Positions 31,108 through 42,487 of a stretch of DNA of 64,000 nucleotides are shown one piece after another. The stretch's first letter is position 1; each line of letters begins with the position of its first letter. The position numbers and the translations under genes are program-made. The stretch comes from Microcoleus sp. (GTDB taxonomy: Bacteria > Cyanobacteriota > Cyanobacteriia > Cyanobacteriales > Microcoleaceae). The stretch spans positions 1,536,001 to 1,600,000 of the forward strand of contig CP181291.1 of the NCBI GenBank assembly GCA_052279835.1. The letters run 5' to 3'. The notes under the pieces are model-generated. The model was not told where the DNA came from. It did no database searches and was given only the letters and a program-made list of their open reading frames with translations.

Positions 31108-31314
31108 CTATTCCGGGAAATCAGGAATTACCCATTTGGGGGGTGCATTCCGTTTTTTTCTCACCGCTTCCTCCGCTATCTCCAGGATTTTGTCGAGGGA
31201 AGTATTTTCAATAAAACTTGACGTTGCCGCTGCGTATTCCCGCTTCGGGCACTTGTCGCCCAAAACGCAGCCATTGACGCAAGCTACAGCACAATCGACA
31301 CTGTTTTCCACCAT
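31108..31314 (-). CDS. Small Cys-rich hypothetical protein
   Basis: CAVACVNGCVLGDKCP ... SLDKILEIAEEA...PPKWVIP. Confidence 0.75.
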   Translation of the reverse strand: MVENSVDCAVACVNGCVLGDKCPKREYAAATSSFIENTSLDKILEIAEEAVRKKRNAPPKWVIPDFPE

Positions 31315-31479
31315 AACTTTTTTCCTTGACGCTTCTAACAACTAAATAGATACGTACTCTTGGTTAATTTGTCAAGAGACTTGCCTCTATCTTTATTTTA
31401 CTTTACAAACCACAATCAAAGGGCGATCGACTCAGGTAAATTACTATAAAATCTAAGTAACCTACATAATCTCTAGCTC

Positions 31480-31890
31480 ATGAGCGATTTTCTGCGCCGC
31501 TTAAAAATTTTACCTTGGCGAGAAATGCTGCAAATTGCCGCGATCGTCAACTTGACTGTTTTGGGAATAGAACTATTGTTAGCATGGAGTGCGATCGCGA
31601 TTCCCGCCATCAGCAACGCTCTGATGTTACTCTACAGCTCCTCCCTAGGAACATTGATACCTGTAGTTACAGCCGTGGGAATAGGGGCCCTAGCGGTTTA
31701 TTTTTTAGAATACTGGCAACAGCAATTTTTACTGAACCGGGCTAATTTGTGGCTTTTAGTTTTCTGTTTAGTCCTAGGTTTATTTTTCAAGTCTCTGCTG
31801 TTACCTCCATTTTTCATTAGTTTATCGGAAATTACACCCATAGCAGTTGCGGTGGGAGTTTTTTGGAAAGGTAGACCTTATTGGAGATAG
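31480..31890 (+). CDS. Hypothetical membrane protein (about 4 TM)
   Basis: Hydrophobic helices; LRRLK.LPW N-terminus and GVFWKGRPYWR C-terminus, typical of a cyanobacterial family. Confidence 0.8.
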   Translation: MSDFLRRLKILPWREMLQIAAIVNLTVLGIELLLAWSAIAIPAISNALMLLYSSSLGTLIPVVTAVGIGALAVYFLEYWQQQFLLNRANLWLLVFCLVLGLFFKSLLLPPFFISLSEITPIAVAVGVFWKGRPYWR

Positions 31891-31952
31891 TTATTGATTA
31901 TTTGTTATGGGTTATTTGTTATGGGTTATTTGTTATGGGTTATTTGTTATTG
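31890..31952. repeat. STRR-type heptamer tandem repeat
   Basis: (GTTATTTGTTATGG)n. Similar arrays at 33045-33120, 37795-37825, 58265-58355 and 60988-61060. Confidence 0.85.
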
Positions 31953-32090
31953 GTTTTTAGTAACCACTGAAGTCCTTATAAGAAATGACTAAATTCCTGA
32001 CTAGAAACTTTTGGGACTAACTGGAACAATCAAGGAGAAAATTAAGTCAACTTCCTCTCAAATGTTTGCGATTATCCCGATTTTGTAAGG

Positions 32091-32132
32091 GCTTCGCCCC
32101 TACGAATATATTTGCCAAACACAGATGTACCC
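32091..32132. repeat. Dispersed repeat (MITE/REP end); reverse-complement copy at 37573-37614
   Basis: Reverse complement GGGTACATCTGTGTTTGGCAAATATATTCGTAGGGGCGAAGC versus GGGTGCATCTGTGTTTTGCAAATATATTCCTAGGGGCGAAGC. Confidence 0.75.
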
Positions 32133-32172
32133 AAATGTTTGGCATTGTCCACTGATTTTGTTTAAATTAATA

Positions 32173-33024
32173 ATGACTGTCAAAACACGCCAACAGGCTA
32201 ACCTATTACTCTTACTATTTCCTGCTACTGCCTGGTTGATAATTTTCTTCATTTTGCCTGTGCTAATTGTACTTTTGTACAGTTTTCTAGAACGTGGAAC
32301 CTATGGTGGCGTTACTTGGATATTTACTCTCAGCAACTACCAAGGTTTGTTCAGCGGACTTTTTTGGGGGGTAATTGGTCGATCGCTCTGGCTGGCTTTT
32401 CTGACAACTGTGGCTTGTCTTTTAGTTGGCTATCCCCTAGCATTCTTGATTGCTACCCGTTCTCCCCGCTGGCGAAATGCCTTACTTTTGCTCGTAATTA
32501 TTCCATTTTGGACTAATTTTTTAGTCCGAACCTACGCCTGGATTATCCTGCTGCGAAGTGAAGGAGTGATTAACACAGCCTTGCAAAATTTGCATATTAT
32601 TACCGAACCATTAAATTTGCTATTTACCCCTTTCGCTGTGGCGATCGGTCTAATTTATGGTTATTTACCTTTCATGGTTCTGCCATTGTATTCTAGCATA
32701 GAACGATTTAATTTTTCATTAGTAGAAGCCGCTCAAGATTTGGGGGCTAATGATATTCGCACTTTTTGGCGTGTATTTTTGCCTTTGACTACTCGCGGGA
32801 TTGTTGCAGGTTCGATTCTGGTTTTTGTCCCCGCCGTTGGTGCTTTCGTTACCCCAGATATATTGGGTGGTTCTAAAACAATGATGGTGGGAAATTTGAT
32901 TCAAAATCAATTTTTAAAAGCCCGTGACTGGCCTTTTGGTTCGGCGCTTTCTATGCTATTGACAGTAATAGTATTGATTCCGGTATTGATTTATTTCCGC
33001 CTATCTGATAAAACTGAAAGTTAA
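32173..33024 (+). CDS. potB: Spermidine/putrescine ABC transporter permease
   Basis: IPFWTNFLVRTYAW, EAAQDLGA (EAA loop), DWPFGSA. Confidence 0.9.
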   Translation: MTVKTRQQANLLLLLFPATAWLIIFFILPVLIVLLYSFLERGTYGGVTWIFTLSNYQGLFSGLFWGVIGRSLWLAFLTTVACLLVGYPLAFLIATRSPRWRNALLLLVIIPFWTNFLVRTYAWIILLRSEGVINTALQNLHIITEPLNLLFTPFAVAIGLIYGYLPFMVLPLYSSIERFNFSLVEAAQDLGANDIRTFWRVFLPLTTRGIVAGSILVFVPAVGAFVTPDILGGSKTMMVGNLIQNQFLKARDWPFGSALSMLLTVIVLIPVLIYFRLSDKTES

Positions 33025-33113
33025 CAATTAACTTTTAACTGTTTGCTGACCAATGACTAATAACTAATAACCAATGACTAATAACATAACTAATAACTAA
33101 TAACCAATGACTA

Positions 33114-33968
33114 ATGACTAAACTAGATTTACGTGTTCGGGCGATCGGTAAAAATTGGCTTTGGATACAAGCTACACTAGCATTTGCTTTTCTCTACCTG
33201 CCCATTCTAATCTTAATTATTTACTCCTTCAATACCTCCAAATTTAACTCCATTTGGCGCGGTTTTACCCTCGATTGGTATCGCAGCTTATTCAGCGATG
33301 TCGGTACTCTCGGCATGGCTAGCAGTAGCAGTGCCGGAATTTGGGCAGCACTCAACAACAGCTTACTGATTGCTACTATTTCGACTCTGCTAGCAACAGT
33401 TTTGGGTACAGCCATCGCCCTCGCACTGGAACGCTTTCATTTTCCGGGGCGCAAAGCAGTAGAAACTTTACTGTTTTTGCCGATAATTATGCCCGAAATT
33501 ACGATCGGCATTTCGCTGCTAGTTTTCTTTACCCTAGTATTTCGCATCCTCGAAAATCTAACTGGAATTCGCCTCAATCTCGGTTTACCTACAGTAATTA
33601 TCGGTCATGTTACCTTTAATATTTCATTTGTGACTATTACCGTCAGGGCCCGTTTGGCAGAACTAGATCCGATATTAGAACAAGCAGCTTTTGACTTGGG
33701 TGCTAACGAATGGCGGACTTTTTGGCGGATCACCCTACCTCTAATTTGGCCTAGTATTTTTAGCGCGGCACTGCTAGCTTTTACTTTGTCTCTTGATGAT
33801 TTTGTGGTGACATTTTTTACTACAGGTGTGGGTTCGATGACGCTACCACTATTTGTTTATGGCATGATAAAATTTGCGGTAACACCAGCAATTAATGCGC
33901 TATCCACTTTGATGTTGTTGGCTTCCTTCTTGCTGGTTTTGTCCTCATTGAGAGTGAAAAGAAGTTAA
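33114..33968 (+). CDS. potC: Spermidine/putrescine ABC transporter permease
   Basis: FLYLPI..YSFN, GFTLDWY, EQAAFDLGA, FTLSLDDF. Confidence 0.9.
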   Translation: MTKLDLRVRAIGKNWLWIQATLAFAFLYLPILILIIYSFNTSKFNSIWRGFTLDWYRSLFSDVGTLGMASSSSAGIWAALNNSLLIATISTLLATVLGTAIALALERFHFPGRKAVETLLFLPIIMPEITIGISLLVFFTLVFRILENLTGIRLNLGLPTVIIGHVTFNISFVTITVRARLAELDPILEQAAFDLGANEWRTFWRITLPLIWPSIFSAALLAFTLSLDDFVVTFFTTGVGSMTLPLFVYGMIKFAVTPAINALSTLMLLASFLLVLSSLRVKRS

Positions 33969-34018
33969 AAAAATGCTTTTTGTGTCATAATTAATTTCAC
34001 TTGCCACTAACGAAACCT

Positions 34019-35080
34019 ATGAAACGCCTGCTGACTTTATTATTTTTGTTTATGATTAGTGCCTTAGTGCCTTTTGGGTGTAGCAGCCAAGGTGCTAACC
34101 AGCAACAAGTGCTCAGCATTTACAACTATGCGTCTTATATCGCCCCAGATGCGATCGCCCAATTCGAGAAAGAGAACAATGTCAAGATTCAATACGATAC
34201 TTTCGAGAACAGCGACGCACTTTACGCCAAACTCAAACAGGGAAATCCCGGTTATGATGTCATATTTCCCGCAGATTACATGGTGAAAATCATGGTTAAG
34301 GAAAATTTACTCGAACCACTGAATATTAATAATATCCCTAACCATAAAAACCTCGATGATAAATATATTAATCAAGCCTTTGACCCTGGTAATAAATATT
34401 CTTTGCCCTATCAGTGGGGAACAATGGGCATTGGCTACAATCTCAAAGTAACTAAGGGCGAAATTAATAGTTGGGCATCAATGTTCGACTCGAAATATGC
34501 GGGAAAAATCGCATGGCAAGATGATGCCAGATACACTTTTGCTGGGCTTTTGATTTATTTGGGATTCGATCCAAATACAACTAATCCTGAAGAAATTAAC
34601 AAAGCCCGTGATTTGTTGCTAAAAAATAAAAATTTGATTGCTGCTTTTGTCCCCGATACTGGTCAAATTATGTTAGATCAAGGCGAAGTAAATCTGACAA
34701 TGGAATGGAGTGGCGATATCTTCCAAGTTATGAAAGAGAATCCTAACCTCCGCTATGCTATTCCGAAAGAAGGAACTATTATCTTTTCTGACAATATGGC
34801 TATTCCCAAAGGCGCTGTTCGCAAAGAGTTAGCGGAGAAATTTATTAACTTTATTTTGCAGCCAGAAGTAGGGGCTAAAATTTCTAATTTTACTCATTTT
34901 GGTTCGCCGAATAAAGTAGCGGTAGACAAAGGTTTAATCGACCCGCAAGATTTAAAAAATCCTCAAATATATCCTCAGCCAGAGGTGTTTGCTAAAATGA
35001 AATTCTTGCAGGATGTCGGGAAAGCCACTGCATTGTACGATCGAGCTTGGACTGAAGTGAAAGCAGGTGCAGGGAAATAA
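34019..35080 (+). CDS. potD: Polyamine ABC transporter substrate-binding lipoprotein
   Basis: Lipobox PFGC; GYDVIFPADY, PYQWGT, PKEG...DNMAIP. Confidence 0.9.
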   Translation: MKRLLTLLFLFMISALVPFGCSSQGANQQQVLSIYNYASYIAPDAIAQFEKENNVKIQYDTFENSDALYAKLKQGNPGYDVIFPADYMVKIMVKENLLEPLNINNIPNHKNLDDKYINQAFDPGNKYSLPYQWGTMGIGYNLKVTKGEINSWASMFDSKYAGKIAWQDDARYTFAGLLIYLGFDPNTTNPEEINKARDLLLKNKNLIAAFVPDTGQIMLDQGEVNLTMEWSGDIFQVMKENPNLRYAIPKEGTIIFSDNMAIPKGAVRKELAEKFINFILQPEVGAKISNFTHFGSPNKVAVDKGLIDPQDLKNPQIYPQPEVFAKMKFLQDVGKATALYDRAWTEVKAGAGK

Positions 35081-35119
35081 AATCATGGGATTGCTCTACT
35101 AGAGGGAATTTTTAACACA

Positions 35120-36208
35120 ATGCACGCCGTAGAACTCCGGGAAATTTCCAAAGTATTTAAAACTGTTCGCAGCGAAGATTTTTTGGCTGTAGATAACATC
35201 AATTTGCAGATTGAAAACAAAGAGTTTTTTTCTTTACTCGGCCCTTCCGGCTGCGGAAAAACTACGACTTTGCGAATGATTGCGGGATTTGAAATGCCGA
35301 CGACGGGGGAAATTTATATTCACGGTGAAGCGATCCACAATCAATTGCCATTTCATCGTCCTGTGAATACAGTATTTCAAAACTATGCTTTGTTTCCACA
35401 CATGACAGTAGCACAAAATGTTGCTTTTGGGTTGGAAATGGAAAATTTATCGAAGCAAATAATTCGCGATCGCCTTGCAGAAGTTTTAAATTTAGTGCAG
35501 TTAAATGATGTAGAAAAACGCTATCCCCGCCAACTTTCAGGGGGACAACAGCAACGAGTAGCATTAGCCAGGGCCTTAGTCAAACAGCCTGCGGTTTTGC
35601 TTTTGGATGAACCTCTGGGGGCGCTGGATTTAAAATTGCGAAAAGAGATGCAATTAGAATTGAAAAAAATTCAGCGCAGGTTGGGGATTACGTTTATTTA
35701 TGTGACTCACGATCAGGAAGAGGCGTTAACGATGTCGGACAGAATTGCGGTGATGGATGGAGGAAAATTGCAACAAGTGGGAACGCCTGTTGAGATTTAT
35801 GAATATCCACAAACGCGGTTTGTTGCTGAGTTTATCGGTGAGAGTAATTTCTTGACTGGCCGTGTTGTGTCCAAGGAAAGTGGTACAATTACAGTGTTAG
35901 TTGACCAACACTTGCCTGTGTTAGTTGCTACCACTGACGAGCTGCCGGCGGGAAAGGTTGTCACCTTGGTTTTACGACCTGAAAAAGCTGCTATTTATCC
36001 GGCTAATTATGAGGCTGAAAATACTTGGCCGGGAACTGTAACAGAGGTGGTTTATATTGGTACTGATACTAGGTATACGGTGCGGTTAACTACGAAAAGC
36101 TCGATCGCGATTCGGAGACAAAATTTACACAGAGATGACTTGCAGCGGCACAAAATGGGCGATCGGGTGCAAGTGGCTGTCTCGCCAGACAGTATTTGTA
36201 TTTTGTGA
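35120..36208 (+). CDS. potA: Polyamine ABC transporter ATP-binding protein
   Basis: [28 protein letters not shown]-like C-terminus. Confidence 0.92.
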   Translation: MHAVELREISKVFKTVRSEDFLAVDNINLQIENKEFFSLLGPSGCGKTTTLRMIAGFEMPTTGEIYIHGEAIHNQLPFHRPVNTVFQNYALFPHMTVAQNVAFGLEMENLSKQIIRDRLAEVLNLVQLNDVEKRYPRQLSGGQQQRVALARALVKQPAVLLLDEPLGALDLKLRKEMQLELKKIQRRLGITFIYVTHDQEEALTMSDRIAVMDGGKLQQVGTPVEIYEYPQTRFVAEFIGESNFLTGRVVSKESGTITVLVDQHLPVLVATTDELPAGKVVTLVLRPEKAAIYPANYEAENTWPGTVTEVVYIGTDTRYTVRLTTKSSIAIRRQNLHRDDLQRHKMGDRVQVAVSPDSICIL

Positions 36209-36284
36209 ATTTTTATAAAAGGTGCGGATAATAGTTTATTTGCCCGCTGTCAAGTTGAACAAAAAATTAGGGAGAAATTGAAAA

Positions 36285-37142
36285 ATGAAAGATACTTTTA
36301 ATGAATTGAAAGAAATTATACAAATACCTAGGGCAACTCCATCTTTTGACAAGCCTCTAATGATTGCTGGCAAAACTTTTCATTCTCGTTTAATGACTGG
36401 TACGGGAAAATATCGCAGCATTGCAGAAATGCAGCAAAGTGTCAATGCTAGTAGGTGTGAAATTGTGACTGTGGCTGTGCGGCGCGTGCAAACCAATGCT
36501 CCCGGTCATGAAGGATTGGCGGAAGCTCTGGATTGGACTAAAATTTGGATGCTGCCCAATACTGCGGGTTGTCAAACTGCGGATGAGGCGATTAGGGTGG
36601 CTCGTTTGGGTAGGGAAATGGCGAAGCTTTTGGGCCAGGAAGATAATAATTTTGTGAAGTTAGAAGTAATTCCTGATGCTAAATATTTGCTGCCAGATCC
36701 GATCGGCACTTTGGAAGCAGCAGAAAAATTAGTCAAGGAAGGTTTTGCTGTTTTGCCTTACATCAATGCCGATCCCCTGTTGGCAAAACGCCTAGAAGAA
36801 GTTGGTTGTGCGACTGTGATGCCTTTAGGTTCCCCCATCGGTTCGGGACAAGGAATCAACAATGCTGCCAATATTCAAATAATTATTGACACGGTAAAGA
36901 TTCCTGTGGTGGTGGATGCGGGGATCGGGACACCTAGTGAAGCTGCACAAGCAATGGAAATGGGGGCTGATGCACTGTTAATTAATTCGGCGATCGCCAA
37001 TGCCCAAAATTCTCCAGCAATGGCAAAAGCAATGGGAATGGCGGCGGAAGCAGGGCGTTTAGCGTACTTAGCAGGTAGAATGCCGATCAAAGATTATGCG
37101 ATCGCTTCTTCTCCCCAAACAGGTACTGTCACCTCAAAATAA
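36285..37142 (+). CDS. thiG: Thiazole synthase
   Basis: [40 protein letters not shown]. Confidence 0.96.
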   Translation: MKDTFNELKEIIQIPRATPSFDKPLMIAGKTFHSRLMTGTGKYRSIAEMQQSVNASRCEIVTVAVRRVQTNAPGHEGLAEALDWTKIWMLPNTAGCQTADEAIRVARLGREMAKLLGQEDNNFVKLEVIPDAKYLLPDPIGTLEAAEKLVKEGFAVLPYINADPLLAKRLEEVGCATVMPLGSPIGSGQGINNAANIQIIIDTVKIPVVVDAGIGTPSEAAQAMEMGADALLINSAIANAQNSPAMAKAMGMAAEAGRLAYLAGRMPIKDYAIASSPQTGTVTSK

Positions 37143-37211
37143 ATTCTTGAATTTTCGTGGGTAGTTTTTTGGTAAAGTTGTAAACATCAAAAATACTAAG
37201 GATTGTGACTA

Positions 37212-37379
37212 ATGCCTTACATCAAGGACGACGATGGACGCTTGAACAACTTTGCTAAAGAGCCAAAGGTGTATGAAGCCGTACCTCCCGACAACAACCA
37301 GCAACGAAACTACATCATCATGGGTATTGCCGCGGCGATGTTAGTTGCAGGTTTGGTGTTTGTGGCTGCTTCTGTCTAG
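37212..37379 (+). CDS. psb34: PSII assembly factor Psb34 (Ssl1498 family), 55 aa; below the ORF-track size
   Basis: MPYIKDDDGRLNNFAKEPKVYEAVPPDNNQQRNYIIMGIAAAMLVAGLVFVAASV. Confidence 0.88.
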   Translation: MPYIKDDDGRLNNFAKEPKVYEAVPPDNNQQRNYIIMGIAAAMLVAGLVFVAASV

Positions 37380-37434
37380 AAACAGGGCTGAGATTCAAAG
37401 CTGATTCAAATCCCGATTTTAAATAACTGTTGAG

Positions 37435-37471
37435 AAAACCATGTTTCCCTACAAATGGAAACATGGTTTTT
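37435..37471 (+). terminator. Stem-loop after psb34
   Basis: AAAACCATGTTTCC ... GGAAACATGGTTTTT. Confidence 0.6.
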
Positions 37472-37837
37472 GTGCTTCAATAACAAGCAGGAAGCGCTAA
37501 AAGTCCTGAGTAACGCGACGCGAGCTGAAAGACTACATAAGACCAAAAGCATTAGAAACTAAAAAATCAGGAGGGTGCATCTGTGTTTTGCAAATATATT
37601 CCTAGGGGCGAAGCATTCCGGCTGTAAATCTCTGGTTATCACTAATAAATTGTCTACGGTCATGCGAGAGCATCGTACAAAATCTGGGTGCTCCCAATCA
37701 GGACGGGGTTGGGACTTGAATTTTCGGTCAAAAATATACAATAGCTAGTTGAAAATCTACCCTAAACAAGCTCCCAGATTTACCTGTGGGCATAAATCTA
37801 AAATCTACAATCTAAAATCTAAAATCGCCAGACTCTG

Positions 37838-40048
37838 ATGTCTATTCCTTCCCAAAAAGTTTCTAGCTCAAACAAGCTGATTTACCAACGCTTGAAACAG
37901 GCACTTGAACTGAATTTGCGCCGTCAAATTTTTATCGCCGCCTGCGATGACTTGTGCTTGCGGGACTGTCTAGCAGCCCGCTTAGAGGCAGAATTGACTG
38001 CCACAGCCACCGGCGACATATTTCGATCGCCGATCGCATATCCGCGATTTGTCAGCTTGCAACTCAACCTGGGCGATCCGAATCCTTGGGGTGCGATCGC
38101 CGCATGGTTGACCGAAAATCCACCGCCCCAAAATTCGCGCAGCTACAGCCCCTTACCGGGATTTCAAATTTTGGGAGCCGAACACCTGACTCGGCACTCA
38201 GCGGCCGTCCAGTGGTCTTTCCTGAGCCATTTGAGAGACATCGAAACACACCTGCAAGTGTGGGAGTCCACTCTGTTACTGTGGGTGTCGCGACCTTGGC
38301 TGAGTTCGATCGAACAGTCAGCCCCGGAATTTTGGCACTGGCGAACCGGAGTATTTGAGTTTGAAGGAGAACCAACACCATCCCCCCGCCATTGGGACTT
38401 CGGAGATCGGCTGGAATTGGGCGAGGAATTTTTAAGTTCCCAGTCTGGAGAATCCCAAGTTTCCAGTTCCCTATCTCCTGTTACAAATTCCCCCTTAGTA
38501 ACTCCCAATTCTCCATCCCCAACATCAAACTCTGAGTCTATTGAACTAGCAGATTTAGCGCTACCAACATCGGCCCAGGAGTTGACCACTTATAATCGGG
38601 CCGCCGACGCGGAAAATGTGCAGCAGTTGCAAACTCTGCAATACATCGAACTGTTGCAAGAAAATCAATGTTCCTCCGAATCCTTGGCTTTGGCTTATCA
38701 ATGTTTGGGGAATTTCTACCGCGATCGCATTCAAGCCGGAGACGCTTCTTGGCAAAACTTAACCATTGCCATTGGTGCGATCGAACAAGTGATTCAATAC
38801 CTACAAATAGATCGCCACGAACACCAAAATCAACCACCAAATCCCAAATGCACGCTACTAATTGACGAATTTACACACCACTTAAGTCAATATATTCAGG
38901 AGTCAAATAACCTACTACCAATTTCCGATTTGTGCAACGACCTCGGCACTCTCTACTGGATGTTATCTCGCCTGCAACCAAGCTATACCGAAGCAAATGG
39001 CACCGAGGAACCCACGACTGTAGATCCAGTATTTTGCTTGTTTCGCAGCATCGGCCTCTACCGAGAAGGTTTAAACAAAAAAGATGGGTCTTTGACACTG
39101 CAAACCCGTGCCCGATTAAACAAAAATTTGGGCATCGCCTTGGCTGATTTAGCTCGCTATCAAGACAAAACCGAAAACTTGCAGCAAGCAGTTACAGCCT
39201 ACCAGCAAGCGCTGTTGGATATTGACTCCCGGACGGAACCTCAACAGTATGCAGCGGCTCAGAATAATTTGGCGACAGCATACTGGAGTTTAGCTCAAGA
39301 TGGTCAGCCGATCGTCTACCTCAAAAGTGCGATCGCCGCTTACTCCCAGGCCTTGACCTGCTACAATCCATCTACAGAACCCCTCAACTATGCAGGAGTG
39401 CAAAACAACATTGGTACGGCGTGCTGGAACCTCGCCCAGCATCAACCGGAAGAAATTCTGCTGGTAAGGGCGATCGCGGCCTATCGCGAAGCCTTAAAAT
39501 ACCGCACCAGAGAATTAGTCCCCGCCGCCGCTGCCGCCACTCAAAACAATCTCGGTACAGCTTATTGGCATTTGGCCAACCACTTCCAGCAACAACGCGC
39601 TCGGACAGAATCCTTGCAGCAGGCAATTTTAGCCTACGAAACTGCCCTGGATATCGCCTCGCAGCTCGATCGCACCCAACTCACCTTTGACACCTTAGCC
39701 GCTCGCAGCAATCTGGGACTAGCCCACTATCAACTAGCTACAGATCCTGATTTCGCGGCCAACAAAGCCGCACAGACACAACATTTAGAAGCAGCGCTGC
39801 ACCACCAGTTACAAGTTTGCGCCGCCTGGGAACAGCATCTTCAGGACAAAGAGTTAACATATGGAGATAAACTAAATTTACAGCCCGACGATGCCAACTC
39901 CCAAGCGATCGATGGTCGGCAAACAGCTTTGAGCTATATTGTCAAAACGATTAGAGCTTTCTATAGTGAATGTGGGCTGCCCGGCCAAAACTTAGCCTTA
40001 TCCAAAGTTCCAGGAGATTTGTTGCCGGAAATTTTGCGTAGGTTATAA
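37838..40048 (+). CDS. TPR protein with a degenerate ATPase-like N-terminal domain
   Basis: QNNLGTAYW-type repeats; SAPEFWHWRTGVFEF motif. Confidence 0.85.
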   Translation: MSIPSQKVSSSNKLIYQRLKQALELNLRRQIFIAACDDLCLRDCLAARLEAELTATATGDIFRSPIAYPRFVSLQLNLGDPNPWGAIAAWLTENPPPQNSRSYSPLPGFQILGAEHLTRHSAAVQWSFLSHLRDIETHLQVWESTLLLWVSRPWLSSIEQSAPEFWHWRTGVFEFEGEPTPSPRHWDFGDRLELGEEFLSSQSGESQVSSSLSPVTNSPLVTPNSPSPTSNSESIELADLALPTSAQELTTYNRAADAENVQQLQTLQYIELLQENQCSSESLALAYQCLGNFYRDRIQAGDASWQNLTIAIGAIEQVIQYLQIDRHEHQNQPPNPKCTLLIDEFTHHLSQYIQESNNLLPISDLCNDLGTLYWMLSRLQPSYTEANGTEEPTTVDPVFCLFRSIGLYREGLNKKDGSLTLQTRARLNKNLGIALADLARYQDKTENLQQAVTAYQQALLDIDSRTEPQQYAAAQNNLATAYWSLAQDGQPIVYLKSAIAAYSQALTCYNPSTEPLNYAGVQNNIGTACWNLAQHQPEEILLVRAIAAYREALKYRTRELVPAAAAATQNNLGTAYWHLANHFQQQRARTESLQQAILAYETALDIASQLDRTQLTFDTLAARSNLGLAHYQLATDPDFAANKAAQTQHLEAALHHQLQVCAAWEQHLQDKELTYGDKLNLQPDDANSQAIDGRQTALSYIVKTIRAFYSECGLPGQNLALSKVPGDLLPEILRRL

Positions 40049-40135
40049 CTATTAAAAGCTGAATTGTTCCCAGATATGTATCCAGTTTTCTATTATTATG
40101 GTTAAACATTCTGCCCTAATTATTCAACCAAAATT

Positions 40136-40840
40136 GTGGTCATGACCCCAGAAAAAATCCTTGTGGTTGATGACGACCCGGCAATCCGAAATTTAATTCA
40201 CCGTTTTTTAAGTCAGCAAGGTTATCAAGTTGAGTCTGGCGAGGACGGTCACACTGGTATGGAATTATTCAAGCAATTTAATCCTAAATTAGTGATTTTG
40301 GATGTAAATTTACCAGATACCACCGGCTACAGTTTGTGTAAACAAATGCAAAAGGAGACGGGCGTTTTTGTAGTCATGCTAACTAGCCGTACCGATGAAA
40401 ATGACAAGGTGATAGCCTTTGATTGCGGTGCCGACGACTACATTACTAAACCTTTTAGTCTCGTAGAGATTAAAATTCGCGTCGCAGCTCTTTTAAGGCG
40501 GTTGCGCCAGCAAAAAAATTCAGAAGAACCTGAAAGCCGTGTCTTCGGAAAGCTGGTTATAGATCCCTTAAGTCGCGAGGTGACTCTGGGTGGTCAAACA
40601 GTTGCTTTGACTGCACTGGAATTCGATTTGCTCTACTGTTTGGCCAGCAAACCAGGTCGCGTCTGGAGGCGTGCGGAATTGCTGCAAGAAGTCTGGGACT
40701 ATGAGTATGTAGGAGCCGATCGCGTAGTCGATGTCCATATCGGTCAAATTCGTCGCAAAATCGAACCCGATAGCAATCAAAATTCCATGATTCAAACTGT
40801 GCGGGGCGTGGGCTACAAATTTGTTGAGACAACTAGCTAG
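40136..40840 (+). CDS. OmpR-family response regulator (possibly SrrA/Crr71-like)
   Basis: KILVVDDD, LDVNLPD, ADDYITKPF, RVVDVHIGQIRRK, TVRGVGY. Confidence 0.92.
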   Translation: MVMTPEKILVVDDDPAIRNLIHRFLSQQGYQVESGEDGHTGMELFKQFNPKLVILDVNLPDTTGYSLCKQMQKETGVFVVMLTSRTDENDKVIAFDCGADDYITKPFSLVEIKIRVAALLRRLRQQKNSEEPESRVFGKLVIDPLSREVTLGGQTVALTALEFDLLYCLASKPGRVWRRAELLQEVWDYEYVGADRVVDVHIGQIRRKIEPDSNQNSMIQTVRGVGYKFVETTS

Positions 40841-40916
40841 AAAGTGTCAAGACCCCCGAATTCCTCCGTGGGGTCTGTTTCTTCACCCAAACCCCCAATC
40901 CAAAATCTTCAATCCC

Positions 40917-42362
40917 TTAGCGTGTTTCTTGTAAATATTTGCTAACTTCGATCGCCCTTTCCAAACCCAGTCGCACACAATCTCCCAAAGCCACCCCGCC
41001 AACGTAATTACTAGACAAATACATCCCTGGCAAAGATTTTAAGCCTCGATCTATCTGTTTGAGGCGATCGAGATGCCCCAAATTATACTGAGGAATCGCC
41101 TGTTTCCAGAGTTTCACCGCCAACACCTTCGGCTGTGGCACATTCGGTTTCAGCAATATGCGAGACAAATCTCGATGCACCTCGGCCACAATTTCTTCGG
41201 GGTCAAGATTGCCAATACCCGAATCCGTAGCCCCACCGATGTAACTCGTCAGAGTTTGCCAACCCGCCGGCGCGCGCGAGGCAAATAAACTGGAAGTCCA
41301 AATCGTTCCCAGAGTGCGAATTCCCTGCCCCCTCGGAATTAAATTTCCAAATCCCACCAATTTACCCTTGACATCCGACATCGGATATGCTAATACAACA
41401 CAGGCAACAGTAGGGTAAGTAAAAGCTTGTAAAGTGCTGCTAACTTCCGGTTGCAGAGATTGCAACAAATCCGCAGCCACATAAGCAGGCGTTGTCAGCA
41501 CCACAGTCCGAGTCTCAATTTGTTGCGGCCCATCGGGGGTAGAGAATTCCGCAATATAAGTTTTATTTTCAGTACGGTGCAAACCTGTCAGATGCCAATT
41601 CAGTTTCAGGCGATCGCCCAAAGAAGCAGCGATCGCCTCTGGCAGAGCCTTCAGCCCCCCTTTAAACGAACCCAGCTCCCCCGGCTTAGTCTGAGGAATA
41701 TTCGGGTCTGGGGGCATTTTTTTCGGCCGTTTCTTGGCAGAAAGCAGCGCCCCGGCCACCAGCCCGCCACCAGCATCAGCCATCTTTGTCACCCGGCCAA
41801 AAGCCGCCGCCGCGCTAAGTTGTTGAGGATCGCCGGCATAAACCCCAGACACAAAGGGCTCCACCAATCGCTGCATCACTTCCGTACCCAGATGTCGCCG
41901 GAAAAATTGAGAAACAGTTTCCTCCTCACCCTGCTGCGAAAGTGTAGCACCCATTGCTGGAGCCACAAACCCCAAAGCCCCGAACAGAGCCCGCAGTTTC
42001 CCCGGAAAACTCAGCAACCGAGACTGAATCATCGCCCCAGGAGTCATCGGCACAGGTTGCAGCTTATTTTGCCAATATACAAAACGAGGCAATTGGCGAT
42101 CGGCAAAAATCAACTCCTGCTTCAGCCCCACATCCACAGCCAACTTCATCAATTCCGGCGTCGGCGAAAAACTATTCGGGCCCTCCTCCCACAGAAACCC
42201 ATGCCCTGTAGAAGTAGTGATATTCCCGCCCACACGTCCCTGACTCTCAGCAACTAAAATCTTCAGGGGAGTTCCAGTCTTTGCTTCCTTGTGCAGTGCG
42301 TGGGCCAGACTCAAGCCGGTAATACCAGCACCCACAATCAAGGTGTCTACTCGGTTTGTCAT
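40917..42362 (-). CDS. hemY: Protoporphyrinogen oxidase (HemY type)
   Basis: IVGAGITGL, EEGPNSF, PFVSGVYAGDP, GFGNLIPR, AIPQY. Confidence 0.95.
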   Translation of the reverse strand: MTNRVDTLIVGAGITGLSLAHALHKEAKTGTPLKILVAESQGRVGGNITTSTGHGFLWEEGPNSFSPTPELMKLAVDVGLKQELIFADRQLPRFVYWQNKLQPVPMTPGAMIQSRLLSFPGKLRALFGALGFVAPAMGATLSQQGEEETVSQFFRRHLGTEVMQRLVEPFVSGVYAGDPQQLSAAAAFGRVTKMADAGGGLVAGALLSAKKRPKKMPPDPNIPQTKPGELGSFKGGLKALPEAIAASLGDRLKLNWHLTGLHRTENKTYIAEFSTPDGPQQIETRTVVLTTPAYVAADLLQSLQPEVSSTLQAFTYPTVACVVLAYPMSDVKGKLVGFGNLIPRGQGIRTLGTIWTSSLFASRAPAGWQTLTSYIGGATDSGIGNLDPEEIVAEVHRDLSRILLKPNVPQPKVLAVKLWKQAIPQYNLGHLDRLKQIDRGLKSLPGMYLSSNYVGGVALGDCVRLGLERAIEVSKYLQETR

Positions 42363-42487
42363 TGGTAAATGCTAATTGGTAACTACTAATTGTTGACATA
42401 CTCCGTCAGTCAACCTCAGAAAATCGTCAACTTACTCAGAGAACCATTTTAGCGTAATCGATGAAGACGCTTAGGGAAGTTTAGATA

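Noticed and set aside
36208..36285. TPP riboswitch before thiG
   Set aside because: The intergenic gap is short and has no CTGAGA or other TPP core motif
41451..42257. Long antisense ORFs (also 11971-12567, 12661-13275, 19315-19974, 8816-9289, 49807-50325)
   Set aside because: Shadow frames opposite well-supported genes, with no domain signal
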